Assembly (NCBI GenBank): GCA_032718475.1
Contig: JAUCBJ010001403.1
Coordinates: forward strand, 1-63,675
DNA length: 63,675 nucleotides
Origin: Nemertoderma westbladi
Lineage: Eukaryota > Animalia > Xenacoelomorpha
Reading direction: 5' to 3'
The notes beneath the pieces are model-generated. The model was not told where the DNA came from, did not search any database, and saw nothing but the letters and a program-made list of their open reading frames with translations. The translations under genes were made by a program, and so were the position numbers. Positions 1-12,600 of this stretch are shown piece after piece. Each line of letters begins with the position of its first letter. Position 1 is the first letter of the stretch.

Positions 1-4
1 GTCA

Positions 5-57
5 AGTACTCTGCGTTGATACCACTGCTTTAAGCAGTGGTATCAACGCAGAGTACT
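5..57. other. Library adapter artefact: head-to-head pair of SMART / PacBio ultra-low-input PCR adapter
   Basis: 5-30 is the reverse complement of AAGCAGTGGTATCAACGCAGAGTACT and 32-57 is the forward copy; this is the well-known SMART/ULI amplification primer. Confidence 0.97.
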
Positions 58-737
58 AACATATATAAATAGGTTGGATAAGTTATAAAGCGAAGTTATA
101 AAATGCGAACAATTTATTTTGGTATATAAATAAAAATACATTCTGCTTGATCAATAATTAAGTTTTTGGAGAATAAAGGTGCAATGTGCATTCACACAGT
201 AACAACTATGTTTACCAAAGGAATTACCTGTTCACTGCCATTGGAAAGCTTCCACAGTAAAAACCCTTCCACTCGGTTTCCAAAGTAACCTTGTTTTATA
301 AGTGTTTTAAAAAGTGTCTTTGGCGAAATCGCACCTTCCGTTACGTACCGGTAGCTTAGTATATAAGAGTCGTAATTTTTTCATTTCAATAGAAAAGAAT
401 GCTTGCGTTGCACGGATTCAAAATATGTAACAATATCAGAATTTCGTTGAGAATCAGATGAGATGTAGGCATTTAAAGATTGCAAGAAGCATCGTTCCTG
501 AAGGCCATTTATTCTATTTAATAAATACATATGTTCTGGGACATTTTGTTTATGTATGAATAGCTACGCAATACCAATAGAGCATCTTGTATAGGCATCT
601 GTAATCGATTTTTTAAGCCCTCGCAGGCAGACACCTAAAGACGCGCTCCCTCGTGATTTAGTTTCAGTAACATAAATTCACTCCATATTATCTCCATAAT
701 TCTACATATTATATTACAGTATCTACATAATATCTTA

Positions 738-966
738 AATATACGCCGACCTTTGTTTAAAAAAATATACGCCTACCTTTGTTTAAAAAATATACGCCTA
801 CCTTTGTTTAAAAAATATACGCCTACCTTTGTTTAAAAAATATACGCCTACCTTTGTTTAAAAAATATACGCCTACCTTTGTTTAAAATATATACGCCGA
901 CCTTTGTTTAAAAAATATACGCCGACCTTTGTTTAAAAAATATACGCCTACCTTTGTTTAAAAAAT
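738..966. repeat. 25-bp minisatellite, about 9 copies (TATACGCC[T/G]ACCTTTGTTTAAAAAA)
   Basis: Unit starts at 791, 816, 841 etc., read directly. Confidence 0.95.
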
Positions 967-1654
967 ACCGCACCATAAAAATACTTAAGTTGTAAACAAA
1001 AATAGATATTTGAAAACGGTTTTTCCTGGAAACTAAATTTGGCATTTAATTCCACCATTAAAAAAATCAATGTTTTGAACTCTCAAAGGTACATTCTCAC
1101 CTTTAAATTAATTTACCTCATTTAGTAATGGTTGATTTCTTGCTGATAATAATAATTATTCACTTTAAACTTTCTGTGAGTGGGGCTGAATACTGAAAAT
1201 ATTTAGTAATCAAAAACTGAAATTACTGAAATCAATTGGCAATCTAAACTTTTTAGCAACACCTTGCTAAGAAAAAAAAAGCATAAATACTGTAATTCAA
1301 GATTCAGGACAAACTATGATTATGATATTCAGCATTTATTTCGATTCAACAAAATAATTTATCCTACAGCAGTGCTAACAGTACCCGGTAATAGCAATAA
1401 AAGTAAATTGTTAGAAATACGAAACTTAAAGTGTATTATACACTTTTTTATACACCGATTTTGTAACTGCTACACTTTGTCTATCACAAAATAGTACTTT
1501 TTTTTTTGTACGCAGTCATCCAAAGAAAATACTTTATATTTCCATTGCAACATTTTCACAATTTCAGTTGTTTTTAGCAGTTGTTTCTTTTGAAAGGGTT
1601 TGCGGAAAAATAATATCAATTTTCGGGCCATTTTTGGAAATTACTAAAATGTGC

Positions 1655-1686
1655 CTTAGGGCCACCAGAGGCTTAATCCGGCACTG
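1655..1686 (-). mobile_element. Possible single terminus of a hAT-like non-autonomous DNA transposon
   Basis: Minus strand reads CAGTGCCGGATTAAGCCTCTGGTGGCCCTA, resembling CAGNGCCGGATT-type MITE ends; no partner end found. Confidence 0.3.
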
Positions 1687-1967
1687 AGTGTATAGCCAGT
1701 CAGCCTACTGTTAAAGTAATGAATTGAAATCCACAACCTACTGTAAGTTAATGATGATATGGAAAACAGAAACTAAAATGTTTGAAATTTAATTTCAGTG
1801 TTCAGTACTACCTGTGATTTACCATAAGTATTTCATAATTATTATTCATAATTATTATATTATTTATTCGTTATTATAAGCATTTCAAACTAGAAACAGT
1901 TTTGCTGTTATTACCCGCCCAGCTGTTATATTTTTCTTTGAGCAAATTTTTGGGAAGTCGTCATCGA

Positions 1968-2036
1968 CGTCCAACCAGGATCGGAACAGGTGATCTCAAA
2001 GTTAGAAGTCAGACATACTAACATTGAGCCGAGGTC
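1968..2036 (-). mobile_element. Degenerate tRNA-derived sequence (SINE head or tRNA pseudogene)
   Basis: Minus strand: A-box-like GGCTCAATGTTAG, anticodon-loop-like GACTTCTAA, B-box-like GTTCCGATCC; stems too decayed for a functional tRNA. Confidence 0.3.
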
Positions 2037-2824
2037 ACAACAGCGCTGCATTCTCCACGAAAAATTGTATTAATTATAATTACGAATCATCATTCACCCA
2101 ATAATAACTTCTGTCTGTCAACGCAATTAATTATGACCTGCATTTATTACACTACAGTACTACCACTGTACTAGGTCGAGCGACCTCGAACAATAAATTA
2201 TTATACACTTCAGACTTATTCTGACCCACGCATTTTCAACTGTAATTTTATAAACGTTTGGTGTAATTTATACAGACACGGAATTAATTATCTTACGGAT
2301 AGGATAATTAACAAACATTTTGTGCCACTAGGACGGAAATGATTCGCAGTTCCCTTCAGCAACAATCGATGTTGATTCCCCGGGGGTAATGAGTGGCAAT
2401 ACTGGTACGGGATCAGGTAACAGGTATCCAAGGTCATTATCATAAAAATATCATTAACATTCCGACTAAAGATAATATAAAAACCCTTCAAAATGCGGCC
2501 ATTTGTTACTTTCCTACAACCCAATCTGTCATTCAACTTACGATACTATTGTATATGCAAATGGTTGATTCCCCTAGAGTAATGTCGAGTTGTCCTACAT
2601 GCTGGTTAGGGCTGCTATCAGAGGTTGTCATAGAAACAAGAAAACAACACCCAGAGTGGAATTTAAAACGCCCAAATATCCATATAAGAATCATTCTTGA
2701 CGAAATATTATCTTATGAAAAAGAAAAATGCCTTAGGATTCAAGGTTTCTTGCATGATGTGGTTGTTGTTTTTCATTTGTAAATAAATTCATGATGTAAA
2801 TATGTTTATATATCATGTAAAACT

Positions 2825-4282
2825 ATGTTTTTGTTTACAATATTGCTGGTTTTCGTAAACCCCGATTGTTCGCTCACTAAGTATGTAAGCGGTGAGATTA
2901 ATTCAACCTCCGATTTCGTATTTCTCACTCGATTTTGTTTTTTGCGGCGATACGGAAAGATTTCCTACGACATCGAATACGACGGTGGCGACCCAGCACC
3001 GAAACTTCTGTTCTATTTCGACACGCCCACGCAATGGCCAGCTGTATACGCCTCCAACGAAACGTGCGAACACAAAGTATCATCGGCGAAACGACACGAA
3101 AACCAACAGATTATTCTAGAACCAAATTACCCATTCTCAGGATGCGCCGAAAAATCGGGCGAACTACGGTGCAAGGCGAGTCACAGTTTCCATAGCGACC
3201 GTGAGCGCTGGTGGTACATAGTTGTGGCGTCGTGTGGTGCTGGGGGTATTCGTCTGCGGTATAACTTCACACTACTGAACGGGAGGCGTTTCAATAAACA
3301 CCTGTCTGCGGATGAAGACGGTCTTATTATCGTTTACAGTTTGTTTATTTTACTCTTTGTTGTTTTACTAACGGCGGCTTCCGTTACTGCTAGACAACTC
3401 TATCTGCGCCAGTACCTCCATCCCACCTACCTCATCTACATGGGGGCGGTTGTATCCGAGACAATATCCGTGTTGCTATTAACGACCAGTTACGTCGTGT
3501 ACGCGGCTACGGGGTTCGAGCGACCGGCTATTAAACTCGCAGGTAAAATTCTAGAAATTATAAGCGATGTTGGATTTCTTCTCGCGGTGCTGTTATTCAG
3601 TCAAGGATACACAGTGACCCGGAGCAATCTCCCTCTATCGGCGCGAATCTGCACTGTTTGTTACTTAGTGGTTTACTCTTTAGCATACATGGGGGCGTTC
3701 CTATTCAGTGTGTTCCTATCGGACTCAGCTACAGTTCTGTACTTCTACGAATCTATCCCTGGCTACGTATCTATCGGATTAAAGTTCATCTCCTGGCTGT
3801 ACATGAGCGCGAGTGTGTGTCGAACTGCGTATTCTAACTCTGGTAAAATAAAGTTTTATATTATCTTCTTTTCATTTTTCACCTGGTGGCTATTAATTGG
3901 ACCCATTTTAATTCTTGTCGCAATGTTCGCAATGGCGAAATATTTCCGAGAGAAACTCATAACTTCTGTGATGCTCACAGCGACGCTGATTGCTTACGTC
4001 TTCCTATTGGCTATTACTCATCCATCGTTGATTAAGTCGTCATTTCCGTTTCACATTCGAACCAATCAGACCGGCCCGATGAGTGACGGTAGAGGTAACT
4101 TTATCGCACACCCCTACGCGGCCGGTGCTGGAACTTACAATCAGATGGACATATTCACGATAACGAAATTAAACGAACCTAATGTTCGTTCACACCATAA
4201 CGGAGAAGCCGAAAACGGCCGAATGCCCAATAATATTTCAACAAATACGGATACAATCGAATATTCGCCAAAAAATGCATAA
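2825..4282 (+). CDS. TMEM145: Transmembrane protein 145-like (GPR180/TMEM145 family; luminal GOLD-like domain plus 7 TM helices), single exon
   Basis: 485-aa ORF with N-terminal signal peptide, family motifs FLTRFCF, LLFYFD..QW, S.RERWWY..VASC, HLSADE, YLHPTY, GYTVTR, LY.YES.PGY, FPFHIRT.Q and seven hydrophobic segments; GC higher than flanks. Confidence 0.9.
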   Translation: MFLFTILLVFVNPDCSLTKYVSGEINSTSDFVFLTRFCFLRRYGKISYDIEYDGGDPAPKLLFYFDTPTQWPAVYASNETCEHKVSSAKRHENQQIILEPNYPFSGCAEKSGELRCKASHSFHSDRERWWYIVVASCGAGGIRLRYNFTLLNGRRFNKHLSADEDGLIIVYSLFILLFVVLLTAASVTARQLYLRQYLHPTYLIYMGAVVSETISVLLLTTSYVVYAATGFERPAIKLAGKILEIISDVGFLLAVLLFSQGYTVTRSNLPLSARICTVCYLVVYSLAYMGAFLFSVFLSDSATVLYFYESIPGYVSIGLKFISWLYMSASVCRTAYSNSGKIKFYIIFFSFFTWWLLIGPILILVAMFAMAKYFREKLITSVMLTATLIAYVFLLAITHPSLIKSSFPFHIRTNQTGPMSDGRGNFIAHPYAAGAGTYNQMDIFTITKLNEPNVRSHHNGEAENGRMPNNISTNTDTIEYSPKNA

Positions 4283-4496
4283 AAATTTAATTATTTGATT
4301 TACTGCTGTATTTAAGGCAGTTATGGTTCATTTGTACACAGTGCCTTTGCCATTATTGTTGACAATTGATTTTGATTGTTGTTTTCCCTTGGTGTTGTGT
4401 GCCTGCCTGTGTCTGCACAGCTAAAATGAATATTAATGGAAATTGGAGGTCCTAAATTTTATTAATTTTTGTTATTTACTCGATATGATGTTGGGC

Positions 4497-4502
4497 AATA
4501 AA
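4497..4502 (+). promoter_or_regulatory. Candidate polyadenylation signal of TMEM145-like gene
   Basis: AATAAA about 215 nt after the stop codon. Confidence 0.45.
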
Positions 4503-5314
4503 CGAAAAATATAATTATACAGAGTATTACATGAGAAAAAAAGTATAACTTTATTTTCACTATTCGAGGCATTTTATTTACCGAGCGCCAGCGAGGTTAA
4601 TAAAGGATCGAGAGAATATTGAAAAAAAAATGTTTTGCGTACGTTTCTGTTGCTCAACTCTTTAATAAAACATAGAGCGATATAGTGTTACAAAATAAAT
4701 TGAACTGTAGTATTTTACTATATTGCTTCCATAGTTACTGCGATTCAAATTATTTTACTCTATAACTCCTGACGCTGCTTTATTCAATGTTAAATAATTT
4801 AGTGTCATCGAATATTTATTACGATACTATTACGATTATTGGATATTGAGTTCCGTTTTGGAGTTCGCCTTGAAGTTGCAATAACTTTTGAGTGTGTGAA
4901 TGGATTTTGCTCAAATTAGGCCTACGTGCAAACCTTTCCTGGCCTGTTATTAACAGCGCTTATTTTGACGCTTATTTGCTCAATCATCAGTAATCACTTT
5001 ATGGTGAGCACTGCCTTGTAATGTATTGTTTATTTATACTTATAAGTTTGCAAATAAAAGAGACCTATCTATCTATCTATCTTTTCTGCTTCGATTCTTT
5101 TTCAACACATGTAATCAAAAATAATTTATTTTACTTTTACTTTTTCCAAAAATAATTTATTTTACTTTTTTCGCCGGGAAAAAGGAAAATCAATGCAAAC
5201 CTATTTTTTGTTTTACAATGGGAATAGAGAATGAATCTTTAAATCTGACCTTGAAACCTTGGTAACTAATGATCTTGATTTTTAATCACCCAAGGATAAT
5301 CTCTGTATATTGTA

Positions 5315-5555
5315 CAAAATAGTGCGGCACGTCTACTATGTGGCATTAAAACGCGGGACCCTATGCACAGCGACCCCAGTATTAAGAAATCTCCACTGGC
5401 TACCGATATTACGACGCATCGAATATAAAATAGCCCTATTGACATACAAATGCTTAAAATGACTCGCTCCTGATTACTGGAGTGACTTGCTTGTGCGCTA
5501 CAATCCTCCCAGAAACCTACGTTCGAGTAACCAACATTTATTGGTTACACCATTG
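5315..5555 (+). mobile_element. Decayed CR1/L2-group LINE ORF2 C-terminal fragment
   Basis: Translates, with frameshift and stop, as QNSAARLL...TPVLRNLHWLPILRRIEYKIALLTYKCLK*LAPDY.SDLL...PRNLRSS, the typical L2-type HWLP tail. Confidence 0.8.
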
Positions 5556-5649
5556 AGATGCTATGCTGGTTTGACAAAAATTTTGCCACCACCATGCAAT
5601 CATTAATTGGCAAGCCCAATGCAGCGTGCATTAAGAATGCTATGCCGGC

Positions 5650-5915
5650 TTATCAACAAAGTTGCACCCCGACAACTCCCTTTCCCCCATGACTTTCGCG
5701 AGATTATCCGCATCTTCAAGGCCAGTGTCCTTTAGGGGCGTCTTACGAAAGTCATGGGTTGTCCTGGACTGGAACTACTGCTGCTCTAAATAATCGGACC
5801 TTAAGTTTCCGATTAATTATCGGTGACTTCCAAATCCTGGAAAGCCTATCCAAGGCTGCCCATGGATTTCCCTTACGTATTCGAAGGTCCTCACCTGACC
5901 AGTAAGTAATCAGTG
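5650..5915 (-). mobile_element. Decayed RTE-type LINE reverse transcriptase C-terminal fragment
   Basis: ORF 5752-5964 contains DLRIRKG..WAAL.RLSRIWKS.....KLKVRLFRAAVVPV, followed by an LKDTGL segment, typical of the RTE-clade post-RT region; internally deleted. Confidence 0.7.
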
Positions 5916-6182
5916 CTCGGGGGACATGAATATCGACTTTAAACCCAACCCACCTACCAACCAATCAATCCATCACTGGACATGACCCAACTAATAAAAT
6001 ATACAGATTACTGTGAAATGTTATTATTTCATAAATGTATAATAGTTTAAATTCACTTAAATTCAAGCTTTTAACACAAAAGGTGTAAATCAAATTTACA
6101 AGAGAATAAACTATTATGTTAAATTATTATTCTATGTAGTTACCATAACTACGAGTTAGCAACATGGCCACTACAACATCGA

Positions 6183-6188
6183 TTTAAT
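6183..6188 (-). promoter_or_regulatory. Candidate RPLP0 polyadenylation signal (ATTAAA)
   Basis: TTTAAT on +, about 77 nt past the RPLP0 stop codon. Confidence 0.4.
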
Positions 6189-6264
6189 ATCGATACCAAC
6201 CAAACAACATTCATGGAATATCGATGTACCCGGAACATATTGGGCCGACAACAATCAACCCCGA

Positions 6265-6629
6265 CTAGTCGAACAAACCGAATCCCATGTCATCGTCGCT
6301 CTCTTCCTCAGGCTCCGGCTCGGGTTTCTTCTCCTCGGCGGCAGCTCCGGTAGCCCCGGCTACGGGGGCCGCGGCTATAAAGGCCGACGGGTCCGCCAGG
6401 TAGGCGAGCATCGCTTCTGCTTCCGGGAAGGCGTAGTCGGTCTCGGCTGCGACGGCGAGGACGTTCTTAAAGGCGTTGGCGATGGAGTGGGGGGCGGAAG
6501 CGACGGTCGGGTAGCCGATCTCTAGGGAGACAGCCGCCACGTTGGCGACACCCGCCATAAACATGTTGCGGATGTCCGCGTCACTGATGTCGAGAATCAT
6601 AGGGCTGAATATAGAGCCCTGGTCGTAAA
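6265..6629 (-). CDS. RPLP0: 60S acidic ribosomal protein P0 (uL10), coding exon 5 (last)
   Basis: Acceptor ttctgtttgtttcAG at 6631-6630; phase 1 joins exon 4 to give IYDQGSIFSPMILDIS...GYPTVASAPHSIANAFKNVLAVA...EEESDDDMGFGLFD*, the canonical P-protein C-terminus; 365 nt. Confidence 0.96.
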
Positions 6630-9600
6630 CTGAAACAAACAGAATGTCCAACGTTAGTGATGGAATATAGAGCCCTGGTCGTAAACTGAAACAAACAGAA
6701 TGTCCACTGTTAGTGATGGAATATAGAGCCCTGGTCGTAAACTGAAACAAACAGAATGTCCAATGTTAGTGATGGAATATAGAGCCCTGGTCGTAAACTG
6801 AAACAAACAGAATGTCCAACGTTAGTGATGGAATATAGAGCCCTGGTCGTAAACTGAAACAAACAGAATGTCCAATGTTAGTGATGGAATATAGAGCCCT
6901 GGTCGTAAACTGAAACAAACAGAATGTCCAATGTTAGTGATGGAATATAGAGCCCTGGTCGTAAACTGAAACAAACAGAATGTCCAATGTTAGTGATGGA
7001 ATATAGAGCCCTGGTCGTAAACTGAAACAAACAGAATGTCCAATGTTAGTGATGGAATATAGAGCCCTGGTCGTAAACTGAAACAAACAGAATGTCCAAC
7101 GTTAGTGATGGAATATAGAGCCCTGGTCGTAAACTGAAACAAACAGAATGTCCAATGTTAGTGATGGAATATAGAGCCCTGGTCGTAAACTGAAACAAAC
7201 AGAATGTCCAACGTTAGTGATGGAATATAGAGCCCTGGACGTAAACTGAAACAAACAGAATGTCCAACGTTAGTGATGGAATATAGAGCCCTGGTCGTAA
7301 ACTGAAACAAACAGAATGTCCAATGGTAGTGAGGGAATATAGAGCCCTGGTCGTAAACTGAAACAAACAGAATGTCCAATGTTAGTGATGGAATATAGAG
7401 CCCTGGTCGTAAACTGAAACAAACAGAATGTCCAATGTTAGTGATGGAATATAGAGCCCTGATCGTAAACTGAAACAAACAGAATGTCCAATGTTAGTGA
7501 TGGAATATAGAGCCCTGATCGTAAACTGAAACAAACAGAATGTCCAATGTTAGTGATGGAATATAGAGCCCTGATCGTAAACTGAAACAAACAGAATGTC
7601 CAACGTTAGTGATGGAATATAGAGCCCTGGTCGTAAACTGAAACAAACAGAATGTCCAACGTTAGTGATGGAATATAGAGCCCTGGTCGTAAACTGAAAC
7701 AAACAGAATGTCCAACGTTAGTGATGGAATATAGAGCCCTGGTCGTAAACTGAAACAAACAGAATGTCCAACGTTAGTGATGGAATATAGAGCCCTGGTC
7801 GTAAACTGAAACAAACAGAATGTCCAATGTTAGTGATGGAATATAGAGCCCTGATCGTAAACTGAAACAAACAGAATGTCCAACGTTAGTGATGGAATAT
7901 AGAGCCCTGGTCGTAAACTGAAACAAACAGAATGTCCAACGTTAGTGATGGAATATAGAGCCCTGGTCGTAAACTGAAACAAACAGAATGTCCAATGTTA
8001 GTGATGGAATATAGAGCCCTGGTCGTAAACTGAAACAAACAGAATGTCCAACGTTAGTGATGGAATATAGAGCCCTGGTCGTAAACTGAAACAAACAGAA
8101 TGTCCAACGTTAGTGATGGAATATAGAGCCCTGGTCGTAAACTGAAACAAACAGAATGTCCAACGTTAGTGATGGAATATAGAGCCCTGGTCGTAAACTG
8201 AAACAAACAGAATGTCCAACGTTAGTGATGGAATATAGAGCCCTGATCGTAAACTGAAACAAACAGAATGTCCAACGTTAGTGATGGAATATATAGACCT
8301 GGTCGTAAACTGAAACAAACAGAATGTCCACTGTTAGTGATGGAATATAGAGCCCTGGTCGTAAACTGAAACAAACAGAATGTCCAACGTTAGTGATGGA
8401 ATATAGAGCCCTGGTCGTAAACTGAAACAAACAGAATGTCCAACGTTAGTGATGGAATATAGAGCCCTGGTCGTAAACTGAAACAAACAGAATGTCCAAC
8501 GTTAGTGATGGAATATAGAGCCCTGGTCGTAAACTGAAACAAACAGAATGTCCAATGTTAGTGATGGAATATAGAGCCCTGATCGTAAACTGAAACAAAC
8601 AGAATGTCCAACGTTAGTGATGGAATATAGAGCCCTGGTCGTAAACTGAAACAAACAGAATGTCCAACGTTAGTGATGGAATATAGAGCCCTGGTCGTAA
8701 ACTGAAACAAACAGAATGTCCAACGTTAGTGATGGAATATAGAGCCCTGGTCGTAAACTGAAACAAACAGAATGTCCAATGTTAGTGATGGAATATAGAG
8801 CCCTGGTCGTAAACTGAAACAAACAGAATGTCCACTGTTAGTGATGGAATATAGAGCCCTGGTCGTAAACTGAAACAAACAGAATGTCCAACGTTAGTGA
8901 TGGAATATAGAGCCCTGGTCGTAAACTGAAACAAACAGAATGTCCAATGTTAGTGATGGAATATAGAGCCCTGGTCGTAAACTGAAACAAACAGAATGTC
9001 CAATGTTAGTGATGGAATATATAGACCTGGTCGTAAACTGAAACAAACAGAATGTCCAATGTTAGTGATGGAATATAGAGCCCTGGTCGTAAACTGAAAC
9101 AAACAGAATGTCCAACGTTAGTGATGGAATATAGAGCCCTGGTCGTAAACTGAAACAAACAGAATGTCCAATGTTAGTGATGGAATATAGAGCCCTGGTC
9201 GTAAACTGAAACAAACAGAATGTCCAATGTTAGTGATGGAATATAGAGCCCTGGTCGTAAACTGAAACAAACAGAATGTCCAATGTTAGTGATGGAATAT
9301 AGAGCCCTGGTCGTAAACTGAAACAAACAGAATGTCCAATGTTAGTGATGGAATATAGAGCCCTGATCGTAAACTGAAACAAACAGAATGTCCAACGTTA
9401 GTGATGGAATATAGAGCCCTGGTCGTAAACTGAAACAAACAGAATGTCCAACGTTAGTGATGGAATATAGAGCCCTGGTCGTAAACTGAAACAAACAGAA
9501 TGTCCAATGGTAGTGATGGAATATAGAGCCCTGGTCGTAAACTGAAACAAACAGAATGTCCAATGTTAGTGATGGAATATAGAGCCCTGGTCGTAAACTG

Positions 9601-12600
9601 AAACAAACAGAATGTCCAATGTTAGTGATGGAATATAGAGCCCTGGTCGTAAACTGAAACAAACAGAATGTCCAATGTTAGTGATGGAATATAGAGCCCT
9701 GGTCGTAAACTGAAACAAACAGAATGTCCAATGTTAGTGATGGAATATAGAGCCCTGGTCGTAAACTGAAACAAACAGAATGTCCAATGTTAGTGATGGA
9801 ATATATAGACCTGGTCGTAAACTGAAACAAACAGAATGTCCAATGTTAGTGATGGAATATAGAGCCCTGGTCGTAAACTGAAACAAACAGAATGTCCAAC
9901 GTTAGTGATGGAATATAGAGCCCTGGTCGTAAACTGAAACAAACAGAATGTCCAACGTTAGTGATGGAATATAGAGCCCTGGTCGTAAACTGAAACAAAC
10001 AGAATGTCCAACGTTAGTGATGGAATATAGAGCCCTGATCGTAAACTGAAACAAACAGAATGTCCAACGTTAGTGATGGAATATAGAGCCCTGGTCGTAA
10101 ACTGAAACAAACAGAATGTCCAACGTTAGTGATGGAATATAGAGCCCTGGTCGTAAACTGAAACAAACAGAATGTCCACTGTTAGTGATGGAATATAGAG
10201 CCCTGGTCGTAAACTGAAACAAACAGAATGTCCAACGTTAGTGATGGAATATAGAGCCCTGGTCGTAAACTGAAACAAACAGAATGTCCAACGTTAGTGA
10301 TGGAATATAGAGCCCTGGTCGTAAACTGAAACAAACAGAATGTCCACTGTTAGTGATGGAATATAGAGCCCTGGTCGTAAACTGAAACAAACAGAATGTC
10401 CAACGTTAGTGATGGAATACAAAGCCCTGGTCGTAAACTGAAACAAACAGAATGTCCAACGTTAGTGATGGAATATAGAGCCCTGGTCGTAAACTGAAAC
10501 AAACAGAATGTCCAACGTTAGTGATGGAATATAGAGCCCTGGTCGTAAACTGAAACAAACAGAATGTCCAATGTTAGTGATGGAATATAGAGCCCTGGTC
10601 GTAAACTGAAACAAACAGAATGTCCAACGTTAGTGATGGAATATAGAGCCCTGGTCGTAAACTGAAACAAACAGAATGTCCAATGTTAGTGATGGAATAT
10701 AGAGCCCTGATCGTAAACTGAAACAAACAGAATGTCCAATGTTAGTGATGGAATATAGAGCCCTGGTCGTAAACTGAAACAAACAGAATGTCCAATGTTA
10801 GTGATGGAATATAGAGCCCTGGTCGTAAACTGAAACAAACAGAATGTCCAATGTTAGTGATGGAATATAGAGCCCTGGTCGTAAACTGAAACAAACAGAA
10901 TGTCCAACGTTAGTGATGGAATATAGAGCCCTGGTCGTAAACTGAAACAAACAGAATGTCCAATGTTAGTGATGGAATATAGAGCCCTGGTCGTAAACTG
11001 AAACAAACAGAATGTCCAACGTTAGTGATGGAATATAGAGCCCTGGTCGTAAACTGAAACAAACAGAATGTCCAACGTTAGTGATGGAATATAGAGCCCT
11101 GGTCGTAAACTGAAACAAACAGAATGTCCAATGTTAGTGATGGAATATAGAGCCCTGGTCGTAAACTGAAACAAACAGAATGTCCAATGTTAGTGATGGA
11201 ATATAGAGCCCTGGTCGTAAACTGAAACAAACAGAATGTCCAATGTTAGTGATGGAATATAGAGCCCTGGTCGTAAACTGAAACAAACAGAATGTCCAAC
11301 GTTAGTGATGGAATATAGAGCCCTGGTCGTAAACTGAAACAAACAGAATGTCCAACGTTAGTGATGGAATATAGAGCCCTGGTCGTAAACTGAAACAAAC
11401 AGAATGTCCACTGTTAGTGATGGAATATAGAGCCCTGGTCGTAAACTGAAACAAACAGAATGTCCAACGTTAGTGATGGAATATAGAGCCCTGGTCGTAA
11501 ACTGAAACAAACAGAATGTCCAATGTTAGTGATGGAATATAGAGCCCTGGTCGTAAACTGAAACAAACAGAATGTCCAACGTTAGTGATGGAATATAGAG
11601 CCCTGGTCGTAAACTGAAACAAACAGAATGTCCAATGTTAGTGATGGAATATATAGACCTGGTCGTAAACTGAAACAAACAGAATGTCCAACGTTAGTGA
11701 TGGAATATAGAGCCCTGATCGTAAACTGAAACAAACAGAATGTCCAATGTTAGTGATGGAATATAGAGCCCTGGTCGTAAACTGAAACAAACAGAATGTC
11801 CACTGTTAGTGATGGAATATAGAGCCCTGGTCGTAAACTGAAACAAACAGAATGTCCAATGTTAGTGATGGAATATAGAGCCCTGGTCGTAAACTGAAAC
11901 AAACAGAATGTCCAATGTTAGTGATGGAATATAGAGCCCTGGTCGTAAACTGAAACAAACAGAATGTCCAACGTTAGTGATGGAATATAGAGCCCTGGTC
12001 GTAAACTGAAACAAACAGAATGTCCAATGTTAGTGATGGAATATAGAGCCCTGGTCGTAAACTGAAACAAACAGAATGTCCACTGTTAGTGATGGAATAT
12101 AGAGCCCTGGTCGTAAACTGAAACAAACAGAATGTCCAACGTTAGTGATGGAATATAGAGCCCTGGTCGTAAACTGAAACAAACAGAATGTCCAATGTTA
12201 GTGATGGAATATAGAGCCCTGGTCGTAAACTGAAACAAACAGAATGTCCAATGTTAGTGATGGAATATAGAGCCCTGGTCGTAAACTGAAACAAACAGAA
12301 TGTCCAATGTTAGTGATGGAATATAGAGCCCTGGTCGTAAACTGAAACAAACAGAATGTCCAACGTTAGTGATGGAATATAGAGCCCTGGTCGTAAACTG
12401 AAACAAACAGAATGTCCAACGTTAGTGATGGAATACAAAGCCCTGGTCGTAAACTGAAACAAACAGAATGTCCAATGTTAGTGATGGAATATAGAGCCCT
12501 GGTCGTAAACTGAAACAAACAGAATGTCCAACGTTAGTGATGGAATATAGAGCCCTGGTCGTAAACTGAAACAAACAGAATGTCCAATGTTAGTGATGGA

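Noticed and set aside
1264-2782. ORFs 1264-1494, 2288-2536 and 2393-2782
   Set aside because: No recognisable motifs and no splice-compatible link to TMEM145.
6625-6635. Classical recursive splicing through the acceptor array
   Set aside because: Ratchet points need AG|GT; here the junction is AG|TTTACG, so no donor is regenerated.
6630-6750. N-terminal part of the 161-aa ORF, and the ORFs at 7158, 9342 and 16398
   Set aside because: Translations of the 56-bp repeat; the real exon starts at 6629.
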